DNA of 64,000 nucleotides from a virus (lineage: Duplodnaviria > Caudoviricetes). The position numbers and the translations under genes were made by a program. This document shows positions 16,452 through 26,415 of this stretch, piece after piece (the first letter of the stretch is position 1; every line of letters begins with the position of its first letter). The notes below the pieces were generated by a model. It made no database searches and was not told the DNA's origin. It saw nothing but the letters and a program-made list of their open reading frames with translations. The stretch lies in IMG/VR virus record IMGVR_UViG_3300042154_002208; one strand, written 5' to 3'.

Positions 16452-16997
16452 ATGTCAGCATGGGGAAAATTAGATAGAAGAGAAGTTGGCGCAACAGCAC
16501 GCGCTAATTTAGGTAGCACAACAGTTGTTACAAGCACTGCTGCAGTTACTGCTGCGAATGGCTTTCAAGCCGGGTATTCATTGGTAATTGCAAACGTGGA
16601 CTATAGAATTGAAACTATTAGTACATCCAATACAATTATTCTTGATACCGCATATCGTGGCGCAAATGTAGCAGCTGCCAATATTGCTATTCAAGAAGAT
16701 CCAAAATGGATTACAACAAATGGGCGTGGCACTACAATGGCTTCTGGTCGTGGTCCTAACACAACCAATAAGGCCAACGTATACGGTGTTGACCGTACTG
16801 AAGTTGGTGTTGCTGGTAATAAAGCAAACGGGTTTAGCCAACCAGGTTGGGTTTCATATAAAACATATACTACCACTCAGGGCGCAACAAGAAACAAAGT
16901 TGAAGTATTAGTAGCAAGTTCAAAGAACTTTAATGCTAATGCCACAGGTGTATTGCAAGGTGATGCTAACGATAACACTATATTGCCAAATAGCTAA
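16452..16997 (+). CDS. virion structural protein
   Basis: MSAWGK.D start, QPGWV...RNKVEVLVA; Thr/Ala/Asn-rich; AATAAATA upstream. Confidence 0.55.
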   Translation: MSAWGKLDRREVGATARANLGSTTVVTSTAAVTAANGFQAGYSLVIANVDYRIETISTSNTIILDTAYRGANVAAANIAIQEDPKWITTNGRGTTMASGRGPNTTNKANVYGVDRTEVGVAGNKANGFSQPGWVSYKTYTTTQGATRNKVEVLVASSKNFNANATGVLQGDANDNTILPNS

Positions 16998-17040
16998 AAT
17001 CTAAATATATTATTTTAAGTTTTAACTAACAGGGACAGTA

Positions 17041-20000
17041 ATGGCAGATGTAAAAATATCGGATCTGGTATCGGCCAATGTAGTTAATAAGAACGACCTA
17101 TTCTTATTAGTACAAGATGATTCTAGCAAGAATGTTTCAGCAGGAACACTCTTTTCTTCAATCACAGATCCTACATTATCAGGTAATATCTTTTTTGGCG
17201 GACCTGTCCAATCCTTAACAGGGATTGGCACCGTCAGTATTACCACAACTAGAACCGATTTATTCGGCGGGGTATCTGCCGCTACTGCAGCCATTGCTAA
17301 TGGCTCGGTATTGCCTTCCACTATCTACTTGTATACTGAAGGTAAATCTGCCTCCGGTAGAGGTTTACAATTTGCAAATGGTACGCCATTCTTCAAGACC
17401 ATTTATGTCCAGCATGTAAATGGCAAGATCAATTTGTCACTTGGTGCAAATGCAACAGGGACATTAAATCATGCTCCAGAAAGTTGGGTTGGTACAACCG
17501 GCCTAAGACCGTTTAATGATGGATTGTATTTTGTCAAGGGCTCAGCATATACGTTTGACGTTAGCCACCCCACAAATGCTGGTAATATAATTGGATTTTC
17601 AACATCTATTGATGGAACAAATACACTTGGTCTAGAATATACTCCAGGTGTTGTTAGAACTGGAAATCCTGGTAATGCAGGTGCAACGGTTGAATTTACT
17701 CCAGCTAATGTCAGTATTGACCAAGGCGGTAGAAATTATTTAGATATACCCAAAGGTGTAGATGGTCAATTAAAAGTTATTAACTTAGTATCTACGGGTG
17801 GCGGACAGTTCGTAATATCTAGTAACATTCAAAATAACTTGGCAATTGAATTGAGAAAAGCAGGCGACTCTGCATTCTTAATGTATTCAGGTAATGCTTG
17901 GATTTTAGTTGGTTCTAATCCAGGATTACAGACTTCATTCTCTGGCACTTCTGACGATATTCCAGAAGGCGAAAAATTATATTTCACAAATGCTAGAGCA
18001 AGATCTGCCATTAGCGTTCCTGACAATACTTTAATTTACAATGCAACTACCGGTTCTATTAGAGCAAACGTATTAGCATTAAGTAATATTAACCTTGGCA
18101 ACATTATTCCCAATTCGGATAGTATTCCTGAAGGTGCAGTTAACTTATATTATTCAAATGCAAGAGTTCACGCTAATTTAAAATTGGCAAGTATTGATGC
18201 TCTTGTTGACGTTGATACAGTAACGATTGCCCCTCAAACCGGTTATGCATTAGTTTGGAATGGAGTAAAGTGGATACCTAATGTAATTTCTGCAACCTCT
18301 TTTTCCGGCACCCTTAATTTTGCTAATACATCGCAGACCGCAAATGTTGCCAATACAGTATTATCTTTAAGCAATTTTACCACTGCTAATTTAATAGAAA
18401 GCTCTTCTAATCTATACTACTCCAATGATAGAGTATTTGCCAATTTATCTTTGGCTAATATTAGCGTATTTGCGGATGTTGATACTGTAACAGTTGCCCC
18501 GTCATACGGTGACGCATTAGCTTGGAATGGTAATACTTGGGTTCCTAGTGTAATTAATGCCTTAACCGCATTATCATCGGTTGTATCAAATACTGCATTA
18601 ACTGCCAATACAGTATTATCTTTAAGCAATTTTACCACTGCTAATTTAACAGAAGGTTCTCGACTATATTATACCAATGCCAGAGCATATGCTAATTTAA
18701 CAGCTGCAAGCATTAATGCATTTGCGGATGTTAACGCGATTAACCCCGGAGTGGGACAAGTTCTTTACTGGAATGGTTCATCTTGGGAAGCAAATAGTGT
18801 AAATATTCCGGCAACCGAGTATGCTAATATTGCAAATACGGTTATTAGTGTTGTACAAAGTTCAATTAGTGCCAATGTTGCAAATACTGTTTTATCTTTA
18901 AGCAATTTTACTACTGCTAATTTAACAGAAGGTTCAAGTTTATACTATACGAATGCAAGAGTATATGCCAATTTAAGTTTAGCAAACCTTAACGTATTTG
19001 CAGATGTTAACGCAAATAATCCTGGAGTGGGACAAGTTCTTTACTGGAATGGTTCATTTTGGGAAGCAAACAGTGTCAATATTCCTGCAACAGAATATGC
19101 CAATATTGCAAACACCGTTATTAGTATTGTACAGAGTTCAATTAGTGCCAATGTTGCAAATACTGTTTTAACATTAAGTAATTTTACCACCGCTAATTTA
19201 ACAGAAGGCAATAATTTATATTATACGAACGCAAGAGTATATTCTGCTATTACCGGAAATTTAGCATTAAAAGCAAATGTTGTAGATTTAACAACATCAA
19301 ATGTTATAGAAACTGCAGGTAATTTATACTATACCAATGCCAGAGTTAATGCACAAGTAGAATCTAATTTAGCGTTAAAGGCTAATGTAGTAGATTTAAC
19401 CACTGCCAATGTTATAGAAAGTTTTGCTACTTTAACCAATAGAACATATGGTGTAACTAACTCTGGCGCTAGTGCCTATGCGTTTACCGGGTACAGTTCT
19501 GGAAATAATATAGCTATTACAGCTGAAGCTGGAACTGTTTTAACATTTACTGTTAATGCATCTGGTCACCCGTTTTGGATAAAGACTGCTGCAGTAACTG
19601 GCACAGGATCCGCAGTAACTACCGGTGTAACCAATAACGGTGCTGCAATCGGTACGGTAGTTTGGGATACTGCAGGTATTGCTCCTGGAACATATTATTA
19701 CATATGTCAAATCCATGGTTCAATGGTAGGTACAATAACTGTAGTTGAGAGACCTCAATATCTTTACTATACCAATGCCAGAGTATTTTCTAATTTAACA
19801 CTTGCTAGTATTAATGTCCTAGCGGATGTTGATACATTAACAACTCCCCCATCTTCAGGCCAGGCATTGGGTTGGAATGGGACAGCTTGGATTCCAACTA
19901 CTGTTTCAGCATCGAATGCTAATACGGCGACTGTGGCCAATACGGTATTATCAATTAGTAATTTTACAACAAGTAATCTTGCTGAAGGATCAAACTTATA

Positions 20001-23000
20001 TTATACCAATGCAAGAGTTTACGCCAATGTTATTGGTTTATTAAACGCAAAGGCAAATGTTGTAGATTTAACAACTGCGAATGTTGTAGAATTAAACAAT
20101 CTATACTATACAAATGCCAGAGTAAATGCTCAAGTTGAATCCAATTTGGCTTTAAAGGCAAACGTAGTTGACTTAACAACTTCCAATGTTCTAGAATTAA
20201 ACAATCTATACTATACCAATGCCAGAGTTAACGCACAAGTAGAATCTAATTTAAGACTAAAAGCAAATGTAATAGATTTAACAACTGCTAATGTTGTAGA
20301 ATTAAACAATTTATACTACACGAATGCAAGAGTTAATGCACAGGTTGAACCAAATTTAAGACTAAAAGCAAATGTAGTTGATTTAACAACTGCTAATGTC
20401 GAAGAGTTAAACAATCTATACTATACCAATGCAAGAGTTAATGCACAGGTTGAACCAAATTTAAGACTAAAAGCAAATGTAGTTGATTTAACAACTGCTA
20501 ATGTAATTGAATCTGCTTCAAATCTATATTATACTAATGATCGAGTTTATGCAAACGTTACTGACAGATTTGCATCTATTAATACAAATCTTGTTCCTGA
20601 TACAGATGAAGCGCATGATTTAGGCGCGCCAGATAAAAAATGGAAAGATCTATATTTATCTGGATTCTCAATAACACTTGGCGCTACAAAGATTACATCT
20701 GGTTCAGGTGGCGCACTATCAGTTCAAGCTCTTGCATCAAACTCAAATGTTACTACAAAATCGATTACGTCGAATATATGGAATAACCTCTATACCGCTA
20801 ATGTACTTGAGACTAATAGCAACCTATATTATACCAATGCCCGTGTAAGATCAACATTATCAAATGGTACAGGTGTTTATTACGATAATACAACCGGCGT
20901 TATAAGCATCGGCCAAAATGTAGATACAACATCTAACGTAACATTCAATAATATGACCTTGACCGGCAACTTAAATGTTGTTGGAAATGTAGTTGGATTC
21001 TATGCAAATACATTAATTATAACTGATCCATTAATTCAATTGGGTTACGGCAACCCCTCGGATTCTATTGATCTGGGATCAATTGGACATTATAACGATG
21101 GTACCCAAAAACTTGCGGGTATATTCAGAGATGCAACTGATAAGAAATTTAAGTTCTTTGATAACCTTTCAGGTGAACCTGGCGCAGCTACTGTTAATAC
21201 AACAGACGCTACATTCCGTTTAGCAAATGTTGTAGCTACAACGTATGAAGGTAACCTAATTGGTAATGTAACTGGATTTGTATCTACAATTAGTAATTTT
21301 AGTACTACTAATTTAGTAGAAGGAACGCAGTTATATTATACAAATGCAAGAGTTGACTCGCATGTTGATCCAAAGTTAACTACTGCTAATGTTGTTGAAC
21401 TAAACAATCTATACTATACCAATACAAGAGTTGAATCTTATGTTAACCCTAAGTTAACTACTGCTAATGTAGTAGAACTAAACAATTTATATTACACTAA
21501 TTCCAGAGTTAATGCTCAAGTTGAATCCAATTTAAGATTAAAAGCTAATGTAATAGATTTAACAACTGCCAATGTTGCAGAATTAAATAACTTATATTAT
21601 ACTAATGCGCGTGTTATATCTAATGTAGCGCAGATGAGTATTAATGTTTTTGCAGATGTTGATATTTCTGGCATTGGTAATAACGGCATATTAATTTGGA
21701 ATGGAACATCTTTTGTTGCTGGTTCACCATCAATTGCAACGGAAGCAAACTTTGCGAATGTTGCTGGTACAGCCAATGTAGCATTAGTTGCTAATTTTGC
21801 AAATGTTGCAGGAATCGCTAATGTATCATTAGTTACTAATTTTGCAAACACGGCAGGTACAGCCAATATAGCAACCGAAGCAAATTTTGCAAACACCGCA
21901 GGAACTGCTAATGTAGCAAATACTGTTTTAACAATAAGTAATTTTACAACTGCTAATTTAGCAGAAGGCAATAATTTATATTATACCAATGCTCGCGTAC
22001 TATCTAATGTAGCGCAAATGAGTATTAATGTATTTGCGGATGTAGATATAACAGGTATCGGCAACAACGGCATATTAATTTGGAATGGAACATCTTTTGT
22101 TGCAGGTTCCCCATCAATTGCAACCGAAGCTAATTTTGCAAATGTTGCCGGAACTGCCAATGTTGCTAATTTTGCAAATGTTGCCGGAACTGCCAATGTT
22201 GCTAATTTTGCAAATGTTGCCGGAACTGCCAATGTAGCAAATACTGTGTTATCAATTAGTAACTTCACTACAAGCAATTTAGCAGAAGGTACTAATCTAT
22301 ATTACACAAATGTAAGAGTTAATGCACAAGTTGAATCCAATTTAAGATTAAAAGCTAATGTTACAGATTTAACAACTGCTAATGTTATAGAGAGTCTTTC
22401 TACTGTAACAGACAGAACATATGGTGTGACTGCTTCGGGTTCCAGCGCCTATGTGTTTACAGGGTACAGTTCTGGAAATAATATAGCTATTACTGTTCAA
22501 GTAGGCACTGTTTTAGTATTTAATGTTAATGCGTCTGGGCATCCGTTTTGGATAAAGACTGCCCCAGTAACTGGCACAGGATCTGCAGTAACTACCGGTG
22601 TTAGCAATAACGGTGCCGCAATTGATACTGTAGTCTGGGACACTTCTAGTATTGCTCCTGGAACATATTATTACATATGTCAAATCCATGGTTCAATGGT
22701 AGGTACAATAACTGTAGTTGAACGACCTCATTATCTTTACTATACCAATGCAAGAGTTAATGCACAAGTTGAATCCAATTTAAGATTAAAAGCTAATGTT
22801 ACAGATTTAACAACTGCTAATATTATTGAATTAAATAATCTTTATTATACCAATGCTCGTGTACTATCCAATGTAACGCAAATGAGCATTAATGTGTTTG
22901 CAGACGTTGATATTTCAAATATACAACCAAATGACACATTGGTATGGGATGGAACTAAATTCATCAAATCTACTGCTGGGCAATCCAACGCAATAGTTGC

Positions 23001-23319
23001 AAATATTACAACAACTGGAAATGTAGAGATAACAAGATTTAGTACTTCTACATATTCAACTGCAAAATACGTATATACTGCAAAAGGTACAAGTGCGGGA
23101 TATACCGGTAAATATAATTCAGGTGAATTATTGGTAATGCATGATGATACTAATAGTTTTATAACTCAATATGCCATGATGTCAAATGATAATAATTTAG
23201 ATCTATTATCATTCCAGGTAGGCATAAATACTGGTAATGTTATAATTTATGGAAATGTTTCAGATCCAGCAATACAAGTTACGGTAAAATTGACAGGTGC
23301 TACATATACCGAAAAATAA
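17041..23319 (+). CDS. long fibre-like structural protein (2092 aa) with two cupredoxin inserts
   Basis: Dozens of EGxNLYYTNARV/TTANV repeats, LxWNGxxW repeats, two GHPF...YYYICQIHGSM domains. Confidence 0.8.
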   Translation: MADVKISDLVSANVVNKNDLFLLVQDDSSKNVSAGTLFSSITDPTLSGNIFFGGPVQSLTGIGTVSITTTRTDLFGGVSAATAAIANGSVLPSTIYLYTEGKSASGRGLQFANGTPFFKTIYVQHVNGKINLSLGANATGTLNHAPESWVGTTGLRPFNDGLYFVKGSAYTFDVSHPTNAGNIIGFSTSIDGTNTLGLEYTPGVVRTGNPGNAGATVEFTPANVSIDQGGRNYLDIPKGVDGQLKVINLVSTGGGQFVISSNIQNNLAIELRKAGDSAFLMYSGNAWILVGSNPGLQTSFSGTSDDIPEGEKLYFTNARARSAISVPDNTLIYNATTGSIRANVLALSNINLGNIIPNSDSIPEGAVNLYYSNARVHANLKLASIDALVDVDTVTIAPQTGYALVWNGVKWIPNVISATSFSGTLNFANTSQTANVANTVLSLSNFTTANLIESSSNLYYSNDRVFANLSLANISVFADVDTVTVAPSYGDALAWNGNTWVPSVINALTALSSVVSNTALTANTVLSLSNFTTANLTEGSRLYYTNARAYANLTAASINAFADVNAINPGVGQVLYWNGSSWEANSVNIPATEYANIANTVISVVQSSISANVANTVLSLSNFTTANLTEGSSLYYTNARVYANLSLANLNVFADVNANNPGVGQVLYWNGSFWEANSVNIPATEYANIANTVISIVQSSISANVANTVLTLSNFTTANLTEGNNLYYTNARVYSAITGNLALKANVVDLTTSNVIETAGNLYYTNARVNAQVESNLALKANVVDLTTANVIESFATLTNRTYGVTNSGASAYAFTGYSSGNNIAITAEAGTVLTFTVNASGHPFWIKTAAVTGTGSAVTTGVTNNGAAIGTVVWDTAGIAPGTYYYICQIHGSMVGTITVVERPQYLYYTNARVFSNLTLASINVLADVDTLTTPPSSGQALGWNGTAWIPTTVSASNANTATVANTVLSISNFTTSNLAEGSNLYYTNARVYANVIGLLNAKANVVDLTTANVVELNNLYYTNARVNAQVESNLALKANVVDLTTSNVLELNNLYYTNARVNAQVESNLRLKANVIDLTTANVVELNNLYYTNARVNAQVEPNLRLKANVVDLTTANVEELNNLYYTNARVNAQVEPNLRLKANVVDLTTANVIESASNLYYTNDRVYANVTDRFASINTNLVPDTDEAHDLGAPDKKWKDLYLSGFSITLGATKITSGSGGALSVQALASNSNVTTKSITSNIWNNLYTANVLETNSNLYYTNARVRSTLSNGTGVYYDNTTGVISIGQNVDTTSNVTFNNMTLTGNLNVVGNVVGFYANTLIITDPLIQLGYGNPSDSIDLGSIGHYNDGTQKLAGIFRDATDKKFKFFDNLSGEPGAATVNTTDATFRLANVVATTYEGNLIGNVTGFVSTISNFSTTNLVEGTQLYYTNARVDSHVDPKLTTANVVELNNLYYTNTRVESYVNPKLTTANVVELNNLYYTNSRVNAQVESNLRLKANVIDLTTANVAELNNLYYTNARVISNVAQMSINVFADVDISGIGNNGILIWNGTSFVAGSPSIATEANFANVAGTANVALVANFANVAGIANVSLVTNFANTAGTANIATEANFANTAGTANVANTVLTISNFTTANLAEGNNLYYTNARVLSNVAQMSINVFADVDITGIGNNGILIWNGTSFVAGSPSIATEANFANVAGTANVANFANVAGTANVANFANVAGTANVANTVLSISNFTTSNLAEGTNLYYTNVRVNAQVESNLRLKANVTDLTTANVIESLSTVTDRTYGVTASGSSAYVFTGYSSGNNIAITVQVGTVLVFNVNASGHPFWIKTAPVTGTGSAVTTGVSNNGAAIDTVVWDTSSIAPGTYYYICQIHGSMVGTITVVERPHYLYYTNARVNAQVESNLRLKANVTDLTTANIIELNNLYYTNARVLSNVTQMSINVFADVDISNIQPNDTLVWDGTKFIKSTAGQSNAIVANITTTGNVEITRFSTSTYSTAKYVYTAKGTSAGYTGKYNSGELLVMHDDTNSFITQYAMMSNDNNLDLLSFQVGINTGNVIIYGNVSDPAIQVTVKLTGATYTEK
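20050..20530 (+). repeat. 105-nt (35-aa) tandem coding repeat, about 4-5 copies; boundaries approximate
   Basis: LKANVVDLTTANVVELNNLYYTNARVNAQVESNLR units; AAGCAAATGT recurs at 20261 and 20366. Confidence 0.8.
22129..22236 (+). repeat. 3 x 36-nt near-perfect tandem repeat
   Basis: GCTAATTTTGCAAATGTTGCCGGAACTGCCAATGTT x3 (ANFANVAGTANV); only the last base of copy 3 differs. Confidence 0.9.
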
Positions 23320-23346
23320 AAATAATGGCATACAACAGGATTAGTA

Positions 23347-26076
23347 ATGCAAGATTTTAGAGTAAAATCAGGGTTAAGAGTTTCAGGTAACGTCTATGGC
23401 GTAGATTACCTGACCGCAAACAATATAAATGTAACCTACAATGGTATCTTTGGCAATTTAACTGTCAATGGGTCCCTTGTTGGTAATGTTACTGGTACTG
23501 TAAGCAGTTTATCAAATCAAACAACATCTAACCTTGCAGAAGGCACCAACCAATATTTTACAAATGCCAGAGCATATGCCAATTTAACAGCTGCAAGCAT
23601 TAACGCATTAGCGGATGTAGACACAGTCACAACTCCTCCAAGCGCAGGATATGGATTACTTTGGAACGGCACCGCTTGGGTACCTACTGCAATTACTGCA
23701 TCGTTTGCTGCAGCTGCAAATACTGCTAATACTGCATTAAGAGCCAATGTGGCAACTCAAGCAGATACGGCAAATACTGCATTAACTGCCAATGTTGCTA
23801 ATACTGTTTTATCATTAAGTAATTTTACAACTGCTAATGTAAACGAAGGTTCTAATTTATATTATACCAATGCAAGAGTTGAGGCTGCAATTCAACCAAC
23901 CGTTGCAGAATTAAGAGCACTTGTATCTAGATTTAATTCTAATGTTTTATACGTTGCACAAAATGGTAACGATGCAAATGACGGCAGAACAACGGGTAAC
24001 GCATTTGCTAACATACACGTGGCATTGGCTGCGGCCACAGAATGGACAACCGTATTCTTAAAGAGCGGAGATTACAGATTATACAATCAACCCGTAACAA
24101 TACCTAGACGTGTTGCATTAGTGGGAGATAATCTAAGAACAACTACAATTAGACCAACGCAACCAAGTGTTGATATGTTCTATGTTGAGAATGCGAGTTA
24201 TGTTACAGGTATTACATTCAGAGACCACGTATCGCCAGCGGCCGCATTCTCATATAATCCAAATGGATCTGCTGGTACTATTGTAACCAGTCCATATATA
24301 CAGAATTGTTCTTCTATTACAACTACCGGTACAGGTATGCGTGTAGATGGTAGGTATGTTACCGGATTGCGTTCTATGGTGTGTGATGCGTACACACAAA
24401 CGAATGAAGGCGGCATCGGCATTCATATGCTAAATAGAGGTTATACTCAATTAGTATCTGTGTTCACAATTTGTTGTAGCATTGCAATTAAATGTGAAAA
24501 TGGTGGATTTTGCTCAATTACAAATTCCAATGCGGCTTTTGGTACATATGGCTTGTGGGCAGACGGAGTAAGCGAACCATTATATTTTGGAAAAGTAGCA
24601 AATGCAACCGTAGAAGCAACTAATAGTGTAGTGATTTATAATTTACCAATTAAACCAAATTATGGTGATGCTGCAATATTTGCAAATTATAATCAAACAA
24701 AATGTGCAAGAGATACTAGATTAATTGTTGATTCTTTGGCAATTGATTTGGGATATAATAGTAATACTCAATCAACATTTGCAGGATTACAATATTGGTC
24801 ACAACCTACTTCCGCTATACCAAATCAAGGTGTAGAAACAATTGCGGCAATTAATTATGCCAAATCACTTGCAACAAATATTGTTGCAAATATAAGAATT
24901 ACTTCACCGTATCAAGTTGCAAACGTTCAACAATTTGCAACAAGCCCCACATTAATTGCAGATCCCGCAAGTAATGTTAAGATTGCTACAGAATTTGATT
25001 TAATAACTAGTATTATTAGTGATGGAACTGTAGGCGTATCAGATTTAATTGTTCCAAATGGTTATCCTGCAAATACAAATGCATTTGTAAATCATGCATC
25101 AAATTTATTGTATCTTAATAATGTGTTTATTGCATCTGAAGTTGTTACGTTTGTAAATACTACATATCCGGAATTTGTATATAATGCAAATACTTGTTTT
25201 AGAGATGTTGGATTTATTTTAGATAGTATTCGATTTGATCTATTACATGGTGGAAATAGACAAGCAGTTCAAGCAGGCACATATTATTATCAATATGACG
25301 CAACCGATACACAAATTAATGACCAAGTTGTTCAAACAGGAGCAGCATATTATTTTATTGGAAATCTTGTTGATAAAATTGTAAGAGGCAACGTAATTGC
25401 CAATGTTTATCAAACAGCTATAACTCAAAATACCACAGCAGCATCATACGCCACGTCGGCTGAAGCAAATCTATTATTAGCTGATGTGGCATTAATTGCA
25501 AATATTGTCACACTAGGACCCAATGTTGCGCCTGCAAAAACTTCAATAACATTTACTCCTAGTTCTAATACCAACATTATTAATGCTACAAAATTAGTTT
25601 TAGCTAATCGAGAATTTATTACTGCTGAAGTAATAGGATTTGTAAATCAAAATTGGGCAAATATTAGCAATGGTGCTGGCACATTCTATACCGTTAGCGG
25701 TGCAACTGAATTAATTAGCAACACTAGTACAGTTACATTTTTAGAAGTAGTTAATGAGTCTTTGTTGGCCAATTCTACAGTTTCTTTCCATCAAGGAAGT
25801 TATATTTCATCCAGCGGACACACATTTGAATATGTTGGTTCTGGTACTACTATTGCAACCGCTTTGCCCTATTTAGGTGGCGTACCAATACAGGAAAATG
25901 AAGTTACCGAATTGCGCGGAGGAAAAGTATACTTTACTAGTACCGACCAGCTTGGCGATTTTAGAATTGGTACAGGATTGGTTATAAATAGAGTTGACGG
26001 CACAATTACAGGTAGAACATTCAATAAGGCATTGTTTGCAGTTATGACACCGTATATACTAGCAATCGAAGGATAA
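23347..26076 (+). CDS. structural protein with parallel beta-helix (pectate-lyase-like) region
   Basis: VLYVAQNGNDANDG...F.NI..AL...GDY...VALVGDNLRTT; SPYIQNCS; C-terminal SSGHTFEYVGSG...STDQ.GDFRIG. Confidence 0.65.
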   Translation: MQDFRVKSGLRVSGNVYGVDYLTANNINVTYNGIFGNLTVNGSLVGNVTGTVSSLSNQTTSNLAEGTNQYFTNARAYANLTAASINALADVDTVTTPPSAGYGLLWNGTAWVPTAITASFAAAANTANTALRANVATQADTANTALTANVANTVLSLSNFTTANVNEGSNLYYTNARVEAAIQPTVAELRALVSRFNSNVLYVAQNGNDANDGRTTGNAFANIHVALAAATEWTTVFLKSGDYRLYNQPVTIPRRVALVGDNLRTTTIRPTQPSVDMFYVENASYVTGITFRDHVSPAAAFSYNPNGSAGTIVTSPYIQNCSSITTTGTGMRVDGRYVTGLRSMVCDAYTQTNEGGIGIHMLNRGYTQLVSVFTICCSIAIKCENGGFCSITNSNAAFGTYGLWADGVSEPLYFGKVANATVEATNSVVIYNLPIKPNYGDAAIFANYNQTKCARDTRLIVDSLAIDLGYNSNTQSTFAGLQYWSQPTSAIPNQGVETIAAINYAKSLATNIVANIRITSPYQVANVQQFATSPTLIADPASNVKIATEFDLITSIISDGTVGVSDLIVPNGYPANTNAFVNHASNLLYLNNVFIASEVVTFVNTTYPEFVYNANTCFRDVGFILDSIRFDLLHGGNRQAVQAGTYYYQYDATDTQINDQVVQTGAAYYFIGNLVDKIVRGNVIANVYQTAITQNTTAASYATSAEANLLLADVALIANIVTLGPNVAPAKTSITFTPSSNTNIINATKLVLANREFITAEVIGFVNQNWANISNGAGTFYTVSGATELISNTSTVTFLEVVNESLLANSTVSFHQGSYISSSGHTFEYVGSGTTIATALPYLGGVPIQENEVTELRGGKVYFTSTDQLGDFRIGTGLVINRVDGTITGRTFNKALFAVMTPYILAIEG

Positions 26077-26079
26077 TAA

Positions 26080-26415
26080 ATGGCAACAGCATTAAACGTA
26101 TTTAAAACAATAACATCAAATCTTACAACACAATCTAATGTAATTTATACCGCACCTGCGTTAAAAACATCTATTATTTTATCTTTGCAAGTAACTAATG
26201 TGAGTAATAATACGGTATCAACTACTCTATTACATAGTACAGCAACAAATCAACAGATTGAATTGGCCAAAGATTTTGAGATTCCCACAAAGGATTCTGC
26301 AAGTGTTCTAACAGGTAAGCTTGTATTAGAAACGGGACAAAAGGTGGTAGCTTTTGCCAGTGCAAACACCGCACTAAAATTAGTTATGAGTTTATTAGAA
26401 ACAGCAAATGACTAA
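26080..26415 (+). CDS. ~110-aa fibre-associated beta-sandwich protein (paralog 1)
   Basis: FK...IYTAP...IILSLQVTN...KLVLE.G pattern shared with 31185 and 34192. Confidence 0.7.
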   Translation: MATALNVFKTITSNLTTQSNVIYTAPALKTSIILSLQVTNVSNNTVSTTLLHSTATNQQIELAKDFEIPTKDSASVLTGKLVLETGQKVVAFASANTALKLVMSLLETAND

